The translations under genes were made by a program, and so were the position numbers. From NCBI GenBank assembly GCA_905178155.1, contig CAJINV010000018.1:538609-602608 (forward strand): 64,000 bases of DNA. The letters are read 5' to 3'. Shown here one piece after another: positions 45,415 through 56,953 of the stretch. Below the pieces are notes generated by a model. That model worked only from the letters and a program-made list of their open reading frames with translations, was not told the origin of the DNA and ran no database searches. The DNA comes from Amoebophrya sp. A120. Taxonomy: Eukaryota; Protista; Dinoflagellata. How positions within the stretch are numbered: position 1 is the stretch's first letter; every line of letters begins with the position of its first letter.

Positions 45415-46881
45415 CTTGACCGTGGGAGAAAACCGCCGTGCCCGGCCGGTCTATCGAAAAATGCGCGTTTTTCTTTTTTCACGAGGAAATGAAGGTCGAT
45501 ACGTTGTAGTCTTGCTGACTCGTCCAAGACCCAATTTGCACGGAGACGTTCTTACTTCTGAAGTCGCACGACTAAAAGAATTTGTATTAGCGATTTTTTG
45601 AAACTAGAGACAAACGAGGAAGAACTACGACGACGCTATTGCTCCGTAAAAAGAACTGCAACAGAGCTCTTCACGTCATCAGGAGCGTATCAAGACTCTG
45701 CGTCGGTCAGCTTATGGAAAGAAAAAGAAGGCAACCGAGACTTCTGAGGGGGCGAACCGCGGCAGTTCAAAACAATCGTAGTTCTCCTCCAAGATGAAAC
45801 CTCAACGCCACGTCAAGCAGACTTGAAACCAACTAGACACGGAGAAGAAAGGACTCTCTCAATGCATCAACCACCTCCAGTGGAGAATCAGGCTGCCTCC
45901 ACTAGCTCAGAGTTGAGCGTCGTACTCGGACGAAGCATAATACCTCCACCTCCGACTACAATGTAGTAGCGCAGCAGGACCAGGAGGTCGTCAACTTTTT
46001 CTTTTTTCCTCTCCTGCCCTCACTGTCAAGAATGCTCCTGTAGGAAGAACTCTACACGCGTTTCGTTTTCTTTTCCTCGTTCATCTGAGGACATTGCGAA
46101 TAGCTACACCAAGGGAACACAACTTTCATATCAGCACCCTGCTGTCGCGTAGGTTACAGCGTTTTGCCTTGACATGATAAATGTTACTTCATTTATTTGT
46201 ACTACTTCCCGTCTCGTCACCGCACAGACATGTAGTTCATGTCGGGCGATTTACAAATACAATCATCTAATCCTACATGTAGTACTTCAACATCTGCAGC
46301 CAGGTCAATAAATGCATCGCAAAAATACATGAACGTGCATCAAGTTCTTTTTGGCGACAAGATGTAGTGGTTGACCGGCGACAGGCCAGTCTGCAGCTGG
46401 TGTGCTAACAAGTAGACCGTCGACAGTCAATAAATTCGTACCCCTACTACGACTTCTGTTCTCCATTTATGGTGCGATAAAAATCTCTCACTTCATTTCC
46501 AAAACGCATAGTACACAGATTGTTGTGGTCACAGTCACGACGGCGCTCCTTACATAAGGAGGCTCAGCAGTCTGCGATTGTTGCTTCTTCTTTATATCTT
46601 TTTGTGAATTGTGTTTCATCGCCGACTTCGAATCAGTACTTGCCCAGGAGGATGCGGAGTTTCTTCGCGTACTTTTTCTCTGGGCGCCTGTCAATTGGCG
46701 ATCAAAACACACAGCACAAACCCTTAGCGTCACTTCAGGCTCGTGAAGTGCCGGTACAACGTACAGACCAAATGCTCTTCTAGCTCCTCGTGATAAAGGA
46801 GGCTGAGCGAGGCACTTCATGATCTTCCATAAAACTGTTCAAGACGATGACGAACCCAAGTCCCGTTCTTCCGTGACGAGA

Positions 46882-47802
46882 TCAGTTTTCACCGTTGTCG
46901 AAGTCGTCTTCCTCGGCGGCGGCATCACCGGCTTTTTCGGCACCCTGTTTCTTGATCGAAAGCACATTGTTATTTTGAAATTCCTTCGGCGGCAGTCCAC
47001 CCATGCCACCAACCATCACGCGAGGATGGCCGCGCACGCGTTGCTGCTCGGCCGGAGCGGGCGCGGCAGAATCCAAACCCATATCATCACTGTCAACTCC
47101 GTTATTTTGAAATTCCGCCGGCGGCAGTGAACCCATACCACCAAGCTTCATGCGAAAGCGGCCGTTTTGCAGCTTAGCCGAAGCGGGCGCGGCATCATTC
47201 GAAAACATCATCATGTCGCTCACGTTGCTGCTACCTTCGTCAGTTTGCTGCAATGCCTTCGGCGGAAGTCCACCCATGCCACCAACCATCATGGGAGATT
47301 GGCCGTTTTGCTGCTCCACCTCCGGAGCGGCCGCGGCATCATTCGCAGACGGCACGGCGTCGTTGCTGCCCCCTTCGCCTTCGTCATTTTGCTGCAATTC
47401 CTTCGGCGGAAGTCCACCCATGCCACCAACCATCATGGGAGATTGGCCGTTCTGGTAATCCTCAGCCGGAGCGGCCGCGGCAGCATTCGATGCATCAAAA
47501 TCCATACTGTTACTGTCTTCGTCACCGAGCGAATCTTGATCCTTGTAGTTCGCAGTTGTCTCGTCCATGTTGTTCGAAGAAGGTTTCCTCATGCCATGGG
47601 TTTTACTTCCCAGCAAAGAGCGTCGAGGCAAGTGCGGCTTCATTCTCGCGTAGGTCGAGGACGAGTTCTCGTCGTCCGCTGTGTTGGCCTCGTTGCGGCG
47701 GTTGAGAAACGACAGCAACTCGCGCCCCTCGACGGAATTCGTGGCAGAAAACAGCGCCAACGCGGCCGCAAAGGCAGCGGATTTTTTCATAGCTACGACC
47801 AT
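46882..47802 (-). CDS. Secreted low-complexity protein with (M)VGGMGGLPP repeats, intronless
   Basis: Signal peptide KKSAAFAAALALFSATNSVEG; four GGMG(G/S)LPP units; paralog of the next gene. Confidence 0.8.
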   Translation of the reverse strand: MVVAMKKSAAFAAALALFSATNSVEGRELLSFLNRRNEANTADDENSSSTYARMKPHLPRRSLLGSKTHGMRKPSSNNMDETTANYKDQDSLGDEDSNSMDFDASNAAAAAPAEDYQNGQSPMMVGGMGGLPPKELQQNDEGEGGSNDAVPSANDAAAAPEVEQQNGQSPMMVGGMGGLPPKALQQTDEGSSNVSDMMMFSNDAAPASAKLQNGRFRMKLGGMGSLPPAEFQNNGVDSDDMGLDSAAPAPAEQQRVRGHPRVMVGGMGGLPPKEFQNNNVLSIKKQGAEKAGDAAAEEDDFDNGEN

Positions 47803-47989
47803 TTTGAATGGAGTCTCGAAGTACTTATCACTCTTCGCTAGAATATCAAAATTGGGCTCTTTCGGACCACTTTGCAGTTTCAATTCCTACGATGCGCTCT
47901 GCTCGTGAGAGAATGTCGTTGTATCGAAGAGCCTTAGGCTTTGTTTGTGGTTTTTGGTTTGAAGAGAAGTGGTAAAATTTGGAAATACA

Positions 47990-48370
47990 GAAAGGAATGA
48001 AGCTTCTGCAGCTTACTTTCCGATGGAGAAGTTGTAGGTAGACGAGTGTTATTATGCTGGCGCGGTTGTTTTTGATGAAGTGGGAAATTCTAGGAGTCGG
48101 TGACGAAGAGGCACTCAACGATCTGTGCACCGGATGAAATTCAACATTGTCTCGTCATTTCCAGTGGATGATCTTTTGTGGTCGTGCTCCATTTGTGCTG
48201 AGCACCGGCACCGATAGAAAGAGCACGTTCGCACTTCGTGATCCATTTGTCTGCGGGCCTAGTCACGGACACTGCCAATTCCTATTCATTGATCATAATT
48301 ATTGAAGCTGCTACAACCGACGACCTAGAAATAACCGAGCAGCAGTCGCTTTGGATCTTGTTCTTGGACG
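47990..48370 (-). promoter_or_regulatory. Conserved upstream block shared by three tandem genes (also about 51215-51615 and 57205-57560)
   Basis: Shared ATGAAGCTTCTGCAGCTTACTTTCCGA, TGTGCTGA..ACCG..ACCGA.AGAAA and GCTACAA..GACCTAGAAA blocks in the same order. Confidence 0.6.
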
Positions 48371-48919
48371 AGAAGTGGTGGAAAGAAGATTTTCATGAAT
48401 TTGAGTTGTTGTAGTGCTGCTAACTACCACCTTATATATTGATGCTGTAGTTCTTCGGGTTGCGAACACCCACACGTCGTGTTTTTCTTTTGTGCCAGTA
48501 GCCTCCCTTTGTCTTTCTGAAAGACATGCCCAGACAAATACTTCCCTTCACCCCACAAACTTTGCTCGATGCTTGCGCGCAAGTGGAGGAAGCGTAAATG
48601 CGACAAGTAGGCCACCTTATCATTGTACCAGTAGGTACCATTTTTTTTTTTTCTTTCACTGCACAGACATGTAGTCCACATATGTGCAGCTCTCTAAAGT
48701 TTAGCCAGCTGATGTTGATGTAGCGGATGAGCGGCAACAGGCTACTCAACTCTACTGCCGACGTGCATCAAAAACCACCCGTCAATAGTTCGTGCTTCCA
48801 CTGCGTCGTCTACGCCAATTGTCCTTATTTCCATTACTACGTCGGTCCTCTACGCCACTTCGTCTTCCTTATTCCCATTGTGTGTACGATAAACGTCTTT
48901 TGGCTTCATTTCCAAAACA

Positions 48920-48992
48920 GATACGGAAACTCCTGTCACCGCGCTCCGAAATAGATTCTATTTCGGAGCGCGGTGACAGGAGTTTCCGTATC
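48920..48992. repeat. Perfect 73-bp palindrome (36-bp arms, 1-nt centre)
   Basis: GATACGGAAACTCCTGTCACCGCGCTCCGAAATAGA-T-reverse complement. Confidence 0.95.
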
Positions 48993-49462
48993 AGTCTGCA
49001 GGTGGTTGTACTCCATCCGATACCCATACGACCGGCTATGACTATGTTAATTGCAATTATACACGTACCACTTCGTCGGAATTTTGTTCCTCAAGATTAT
49101 GTTGTGCAGTGGTCAACATGTTGCACATTATGTTCCACCGCCGATTTTGATTAAGCACCCACGTGGAGAAATGGAGCATGCGGAGTTTCGCGCGCTTCTT
49201 CTACTTCGGTGGGCTACGTCCAAAAATCGGCGACATCAAACTTACCGCAAGGAAGAACCCTTAAAAACTTCTGCCACTCCACTCGATTGCTCGGGATGAA
49301 GAAGGCCAAGCCCAAGGCACGTCTTGTATATAACAAGGTTCGTCGGATGAAGATGAACTGCAACAAGAGCATCGCTGCGTCGTTTACCATGGGTTATAAA
49401 CGCCACGGGTTATACACGAGCACGCCGCTAATCGAAGATCTTCTTCGTCTTCAAAGACGAGT

Positions 49463-51055
49463 TCAGTTTTCATCGTTGTAGAAATTATCCGCTGCAAAAT
49501 CCGTCGAGCTGTAAGCAGAATCGGGTGCGGTATTGGCATCATCTCCCGGCGCCGGGCCCGACGTCATTTCGTTCGGCATGGCCATTTCTCGACGACGCCC
49601 CAGCATTTGGCTGTTCTTGCGCTGGTTACCGGCACGATGCGTGCGATCGAATGAAGCAGCAGCTCCTTGCTGCTCACCAAAGGCAGACGGAGCTCCGGCC
49701 GCGCCAGCCGCAGTGCCGGACGAAAAGTCGGTACCAAGAGTGGAACGAGTGCGAGCAGCAGCAGCGTGGTCTTCCAAAGATGCCAACATCTCGTCGTGCA
49801 TCGAATCCATGTTGGTCTTGCCCTTGTGGGTCCTTCCTAGCATCGGAGGACGGGAAGCGGAAACAGCCCCGTCTGCATTTCCGTTCGCGCCACCGCGGGT
49901 CATGCCCAACATCGGATGAGAATGAGATGCGCTTGCGCGGCGCTGGGTCATGCCCAACATCGACCGAGATCGAGCGCCGCCAACGTTGTTCCCACGCGGG
50001 GCCTGCCCCTCTTGCACATCAGGAGTCAGCTCGTCGTCCATCGAAAAACCTCCCTGGTTCGGACTTTCGTCCATCATGTTTCCCAACATAGCACTAGAGG
50101 ACGCAGCACTATTTTCAGCCGCAAGACCAGCGGAAGATGGAAAGGAACTCATGGCGTTGTAGTCTCCGCCTTGAAGTTCTTCGACATCTTCACCACCGTC
50201 TTGTCCGAAAGTTGTAGTGTTCATGGTCTCCACATCGTTTCCAACTTGCGCTTCCACGTCGGAGTCCGGGTCCTGCTCAGCGAAATCCAAACCAGCAAAC
50301 GGTTTGTTCGCCTTGTTGCCAGAAAAGGTTCCAGCAGCAGCCCCAACTCCGCTGGTGCTGGCAACTTGCATGTTGTCATCGTAGTCCGCCATCTGATTCA
50401 TTTCGCTCATCCCACTTCCGAATCCAAAAGCGTGGGCGCTCTTGCTTCGTCCAACGGATAATCCATTGGAGCCCATGTCACTGTCAGCGGCGCCGTCGAC
50501 GTTCATCATTTCCATTTGGTCATCGGCTTCGGCGTTTTGCTCCTTCATGTTTGAAAACATGTCGACGTCGACGTTGGCACCTTCATTATTCTGAAGGCCA
50601 CCCACTCCACCAAGCATCTTCCCATGACGCTCGTCGTTCTTGCGCATCGGCGGCAGACCACCCGCACCACCAAGCATCACGCGACGATGGTCGACATTCT
50701 GGTGCTCAGCCGGAGCCGTGGCAGGAGCACTCGACGCGCCATAATTATCCATAGTTCCCTCGCCCTCGTCTCCGACGGAGTCATTCTTCGTGGCGTTTGC
50801 CATCGTCGTCGTCTCCGCCCACATGCCATGACCGTTACGTCCTAACGGAAGAGGGCGGCGAGGCCGAAGCGAGTGCACTTTCTGTTTCTTGGTCGCCGCA
50901 TAGGTCGAGTCCTCGTCCGCGCTGCCCTCCTGGTCGGGAGTTTTAGTTTTCCCAGTGAACGAAAAGGGCCACTCGCGCCCCTCGACAGAATTCGTTGCAG
51001 AAAGCAGCGCCAACGCGGCGGCAAAAGCAGCGGATTTCTTGGTAGCTAGGACCAT
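49463..51055 (-). CDS. Secreted low-complexity protein, paralog of 46882-47802, intronless
   Basis: Signal peptide KKSAAFAAALALLSATNSVEGRE; MLGG/MLGM repeats; similar acidic C-terminus. Confidence 0.8.
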   Translation of the reverse strand: MVLATKKSAAFAAALALLSATNSVEGREWPFSFTGKTKTPDQEGSADEDSTYAATKKQKVHSLRPRRPLPLGRNGHGMWAETTTMANATKNDSVGDEGEGTMDNYGASSAPATAPAEHQNVDHRRVMLGGAGGLPPMRKNDERHGKMLGGVGGLQNNEGANVDVDMFSNMKEQNAEADDQMEMMNVDGAADSDMGSNGLSVGRSKSAHAFGFGSGMSEMNQMADYDDNMQVASTSGVGAAAGTFSGNKANKPFAGLDFAEQDPDSDVEAQVGNDVETMNTTTFGQDGGEDVEELQGGDYNAMSSFPSSAGLAAENSAASSSAMLGNMMDESPNQGGFSMDDELTPDVQEGQAPRGNNVGGARSRSMLGMTQRRASASHSHPMLGMTRGGANGNADGAVSASRPPMLGRTHKGKTNMDSMHDEMLASLEDHAAAARTRSTLGTDFSSGTAAGAAGAPSAFGEQQGAAASFDRTHRAGNQRKNSQMLGRRREMAMPNEMTSGPAPGDDANTAPDSAYSSTDFAADNFYNDEN

Positions 51056-53712
51056 TTTCGATGCAGTCTCTCCAGTTTCAATAGAGACAGCGCTGTTCTT
51101 GTTCAACGACGTGATTGGTGCAGTTTTAAGTTGGTCTTGTTAAGATATGCGGTTGGTTGAAGTGAAGTTGTGTGTGAAGCACGAGAAGTAGTAGTTGACA
51201 GTCGGGAAATAAATTGAGGAATGAAGCTTCTGCAGCTTACTTTCCGAAGATGGAGAAGTTGTGAGTAGACTAAGTAGTGGCTGGAGGTACGGTTGTTTTT
51301 GATGAAAATTTTGCAGAAGTCGGCGAAGGTGAAAAAGGTGAACTCAACAACGAGTGCGCCGGGTGGAATTTGACATAAATAGTCATTAGAAGTTGGATCA
51401 TCTTTTGTGCTCCATTTGTGCTGAAGAGCACCGCGACCGAGAGAAAGCTTAAGTTGGTACTAGTAGGACAAAGTAGAAGATCCTTATTTCTTGTTTCCGG
51501 GCCTCTCTCTATTCACAGACGCAGCCAATTGATCATAATTTTTTCGGGCGCTACAACAACCTGCCCAGAAACCGAGCCAGCATCTCAATCGCTTTGAATT
51601 GGATCTTGGACGACGACGAGCACAGCCGATTCATTCTGTGAACTGCTACTTCTTTTTCCAGTGATTTGTGATGCTAATGATCTTACTCCTGTTCCTGTTC
51701 CTGTGGACGTGGAGGTACTAGTTCTGGTGACGAACAACAAGCCAGCGGTGTTTTATTTTTCAGCTTTCGTGCTTTCGTACTTGCCCTCCCATTGTCTTGT
51801 TTCTTTCGCCTCGACATTTCTGCCTGGTTTCGTGCTTTGTCAGCCATGAGTGGTCTAGAACAACGTAGTTAGTTTGTCACCAAAAAAAACAAACACTGCT
51901 ATGACAGTCCTCACCGCTGTGATCCAACACAATAGCTTGCGCTTCTCTACATGAACTAGAACTAGCACGGCGCTGACAGTCAGTGATCAAAAGCAATACG
52001 CTTGATGTTTGTCCAAAACTAGTGTGACGGCTCTGACAGTAACGATTTTTTAAGTATGCTCCAAGACGACGCTTACGCTTTCTGCATCTTCTTATCAAAC
52101 GCTATGTCGTAGTTTACATGAAGATAATATCTTCACCTGACGGCCATCCTACTCCCGTGCGTCCTCCGGTCCACAACTCCAGAAATACTGATTTTGTCGC
52201 AGAACCGGACGACCAGCACATGATGGCAGAATGTATGTAATGTACCTCAGAAACAACTACCGCGTTCGAGAAAGCTTGACTTGCGTGATAAAATTAAAAT
52301 GGGTTTTTTGATGTCTGTAGCTCGAAAATGTTGCGCGTCGTCCGTTCCTGTGAAGATCAACAGAGGATCTCCACCCGAAATCAGAAGTCAGTCGTTTTGA
52401 GCCAAAAAAAAACCTACACTTTCTTCGCTTATTTTAATGTCACAAGAAGCTCTTCCCGCGTGCGCGTTCTGAAAAGCATAATCGTCCTCGCTACAACTTC
52501 AGGCCGTGGTTGGGTTGTCCGGCTAGCACAATCATCATTTTCATATACTACGTACTACAAGGAGGAAGAAACATGTATAACCATACATTCCTCCTCCTCA
52601 ACATGTATAGCCATACACTCCTCCTCCTCAGGCGACGGAGTTCTCGTCAGAACCTGGCGACAAGGAAAAATTTAGTAAACATGAAGAACTGGTGCAAAAC
52701 TTCTTCATATTTCTTCGTACTCACTTAATATATACAGCAAGCTCACAGTTTCGATGAAATTCATCTTGACTTCATTTTCATGATTTGTAGCACGAGGCTT
52801 CACCGACACTGGCTGCACTTCATCTAGAACTACTCTACTATTTTCATCTTGCTTCTCTTTCCCAACTCAGTTTTCCTTTTAGATCACGACCACGCGGCAA
52901 CAAACGAAGATTCTGGTACAAATACAGAGAAGAGCCGCATGTTGTGTTCGTTGCCGTGGTCGTAGACAGCATATAAAAAAAAACGCACTTCTTTTAATCT
53001 TGTTTTCTTTCAACATAGTACAACAACTCTACTACGCCTCTACGATGAAGAAGGCTTCGTCCACATAAACTACGTTCTTCTAGCGATATGGTATTTCTTC
53101 TCCTGCGCGCGAGTGAGTTTAGTATCTCCTCGATATTTCATTTTTGTTCTGCCTCTGGCACGTAAACGTAAACGAAAAACACCCACTGCAAATGCAACTT
53201 CTCCTTGCCTCCGCGGCCCCGGGTTGGGTAATATTTTACTAGAATACGATGCTCCCGGTCCTCTGCTGGTGGTCCACCCAGGTTCTTGTGTCCCTACTTG
53301 TCTACGTCTTTACACGACGGCCACGACGAGGTCATAAAAAATTTCAAGCCGCGGAGTGCCGAACTGTTTCCACAAAAAATGATCAAGCCTGGAAGGTAGT
53401 CATGCTGTTCGTCCTCATATTCATCTTCTGACTCATCTTGTTTCACATCATGTCGATCAAGACCACTGTTGAAGAATATGTGGCGCTCTACTGAAAACCA
53501 TCCGTCGTTCCCATAAATTCACATCGGGCCCACCACGACGCAGGTTCTTCTACTGGGGGAAACGAAGGAGCCCTACATCACACAGAAGCAGAAGGTGCAG
53601 TTTTCAAACAAGTTTTGCGCCATCATTTTCACGTTTACTAGGAGTGCTATGCCAGTGCAGACCGTGTCGTCCATCATCGCTAGGATCTAGTGTAGTGGTT
53701 GTGTTTTTTTCG

Positions 53713-56700
53713 TCAGAAGTTGTAGTCATCATTATCATAATCCGTGTCACTGCCGTCGTCATCGTAGTTTCCACCTCCATAGCGGCCTTCATCTGGGTAA
53801 CCATCTGCTTGTTCAACGTCGTCTTCGAAGCTCTGCGCCGCGCGGCCAACTTGCTCCCCGATGGCAGCTCCAGCCCCAAACGCGCCCATCGCCCCGCCGT
53901 TGCCCATGTTTCGGCGGTTCCCGTAGCCGCCGTAGTTATTCCCCATGCCCCTGCTGTAGTTGTTCATACCGGAGCGGCCCATGCCGCCCATCATGTTGTT
54001 GTTGTTCATCATCCCGGCGCCCATTCCACCCATACCACCGAAGTCGCCACCCATATTGCCCATACCGCCCATGCCTGAACCGGCCCGGTTGCCGAAGGGA
54101 TCATTCATTCCCATGCCCCCGCCCATTCCGATATTGTTGTTTTGGAAGGGCAAGCGGCCCCCTTGGTTCAGGACGTTATTCATCTTCATTTCGTTCTCCC
54201 ATTTCCACCGATTCGCGGTTTGCCTCATGTTGTCGCGGATCCGATTATACTCCGGGGGGGTGGAGTAGTTTCCTCCTCCGCTCTGTCTCCTAGAAGGGGC
54301 TCTGCTGTGACCACCAGAAGAAGAAGAAGAACGTCCTTTAAAGAGTCGGCTAAACCACGACGACTTCTTTTTACCCTGGTTATTTTCGCTGATCTGGGAG
54401 GCCGGGGGAGCGGACGGAGCCATGGCACTTGTGCTACCTGGCACGACGTGTGGAGCATGATTAGGATCATAGCCGTATGGGTTGTTGTAATGTGTTGCGG
54501 CGGGATGCTGGTGATTCACGTCGACGTGTTGACCAGGATAATGAGCCGCAGCAGCGGGATGATGCAGTGGACTCACTGGTTGAACACCAGGATGGTAAGG
54601 CGGGTAACCAGGAGCCGCGGGTTGCTGATAATGTTGAGTCACTTGACTAGGATGGTAAGCAGACGCTGGTTGGTGTTCTTGATGTCCCCCGGCGGCGGAG
54701 GGGGGTGCAGGGTAACCAACCCCTGGAGCCGCGTACGGTGCCCCCGGCACCACAGGATTGTTGTGGCTGTGCATGTGCTGGTTGTAGTCGTATGCAGGAT
54801 CATTGTAGCCCTGCAATGCTTGCGCAGCGGACGGACCGCCAGTCGTGGCCGTGCTGCGACCTTGCTGCAGTTGCTGCTGAGGCTGTGGTTGATAATAATT
54901 GTCCTGATTGATGGAAGACGGGGCCGCACCCTGATGCTGCAGAAGCCCAGCATGCGGCTGTGGCTGTCCCTGCAAGAATCCACTACCAGCAGCTGCACCA
55001 CCTGGACCGTGAGAAGTTCCCAAGAGACCGCGCTCCTGAGGAGTAGTACTCCCTCCGGCACCAGCATGGCCATAATATGAATCGCGAATTCCACCATCGC
55101 CGGGCATTTCGTTTTCCCCGGAGTAGTCCCCTTCGTCGTAATCGTCATCCTCAGCGTCATCGTCTTCCTCATACCCGCTCTTCGCCAGCTGCAGCTTCTT
55201 CCCCGCAACTAGCAGAACACTTTGGAAGATGTTGTTACCGCGGCCATGGGTTGTATCCATCCAAGAACCTCCCAAACCGTCCTCGGTCGACGTGGCAAGC
55301 AACGTGAGAAGCAGAGACGCACAGAGAGGACGACGACGACGCTCACGGAGCTTTTCAAAATTTTATTTTTATGGGCATAAAAACGCAAGATGTGTCTGAT
55401 TCCCTTCAAGTGCCAGGGCAGTGGTGTCTGTTTCGGTTGCGCGCGGCCGTCAAGTCCTGCGGGTCCTCGGATAATTAGCAATTCAAAGTGGGCACCCTAT
55501 TACCAAATCCAAAGTGGGTACCCAATCCAGAGTGGGTACCCAGTCTAACCTCGTACCATACGAGTACGATACTTTTGCAGTTCATATCCGCCGGAAGAGC
55601 GCTATGTCCGACGCGGAATCCCGGGCGGCGACGTGGAGGGTCACGTCGAGTTGGCCTTGGATTTTGTCCGCTTTGTTGACCGTGAGAGCCACGTCGGGAA
55701 AGGGCTTGTCGGAAAAAAGGCCCGTGATGTTCGCTGCCGCCGCATTATAGGTGCTTGCGATTGAAGATGAGTTGTTGCTTTCATCTTCTTGTTCCGCCCC
55801 CACGTACGGCATCGCAGTGAAATTTTCCAAATACACGTAATCGGGCTTATCCCCGTACCCGTGCCACTATCAAAGTGAGAAAAACCCCTACCCCATACTC
55901 AAAATCAATTTCTGTTGCGGGATTTGTGTACACAAATGCGCTGTGTGTTGCAGCAAGAGCTTGTCGGCATATTCCGAACCCATTTGGGTACGCAAACGCA
56001 TCCGGCTAGCAGCTGAGCATGAGAGATGACCTGTCTGATATACGCAAAAACACATGACAGGCTTGCTGTGCAATGCGCCACATGGGTGCCGATTGCCTTG
56101 TACGCACGACAAAGCTTATTTGTGACCACAAATCAGCATCACAAGTTTTCTTTTCGATATGGGGAAGGGCGATTTTTCCTTACGATAGCCACCGCGGGTT
56201 GCCCATTCGGATGAACTCCTGCCGCGCACCTCGGCCGCCCTCCCGGTCCGATCCCTCGTTGCCGTCAAAGGCAACAACGTCGGTGTTTTGCCCGTAGATG
56301 GGCGAAGCTGGGTCGGACGTTTTCAAGCATTTGTTACTCGTTTCGGGATATGCATTGCAAATATGTCTGGGTCTGGGAGATCCATGATGCCTGGATATTC
56401 ATGTCCTAGCATCACAGACTTTTAGAGGGCTGCCTGATGTACCTTCCGCATGAGAAACGCTTTGTTCTTGTAGCACAAACTGGACCCCTCTTGCTGGTCA
56501 TGCAATACAATTTTTTTAAGAGTCCAAAAACAGCATGACAAGTTGCAATCTTCCAGACCCAGACACTTTTGCAGTTGATAGAAAAGCAGAGACGCACAGA
56601 GAGGACGACGACGACGCTCACTATCCTGAGTAAAAGCGTACCCATACCATAGTCAAGATGGGAAATCGGCTAGACACACAAATCCACAAGTTTTGGCTGT

Positions 56701-56953
56701 TTTGCATGACAAATTTGGATTCGTCGTGTAGTGCTGTTTGAGCTAGCTCAGCAGCATCACAGATCTAGCACACCATGCTGATTGGAGCATGACAAATTGC
56801 AAAACACGACTAGAAAATGCTTCTCATGAGGCTCCGCATGAGAAACATTTTCAGCATGCAGATTTGCATTACAACTCTGGTGTGGGTACGTTTTTATTCA
56901 GGATACTCACAGCGCTTAGTTTGCTCTTGGTGTTCTTGACCCGGCATTTTCAT
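53713..56953 (-). CDS. Gly/Pro/Gln/Asn/Met-rich low-complexity protein with a rearranged 5' end
   Basis: Long ORF 53713-55346; first exon MKMPGQEHQEQTKRCE joins in frame to RRRRPLCASLLLTLLATS; shares upstream block with the two neighbouring genes. Confidence 0.65.
55587..56348 (-). pseudogene. Captured two-exon fragment of an unrelated gene
   Basis: Open frame ETSNKCLKTSDP...MGNPRW-HGYGDKPDYVYLENF...IALFRR across the family C introner; bounded by a family A element and half a family D element; out of frame with the host gene. Confidence 0.55.
55868..56187. mobile_element. Introner family C
   Basis: TSD GCCAC. Confidence 0.88.
56349..56580. mobile_element. Family A introner with non-matching flanks (hybrid)
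   Basis: Flanks CGGGA/GAAAA. Confidence 0.82.
56622..56905. mobile_element. Introner family I
   Basis: TSD CTCAC. Confidence 0.92.

Noticed and set aside
54142-55080. 312-aa plus-strand ORF
   Set aside because: Antisense of the Gly/Pro/Gln-rich gene.
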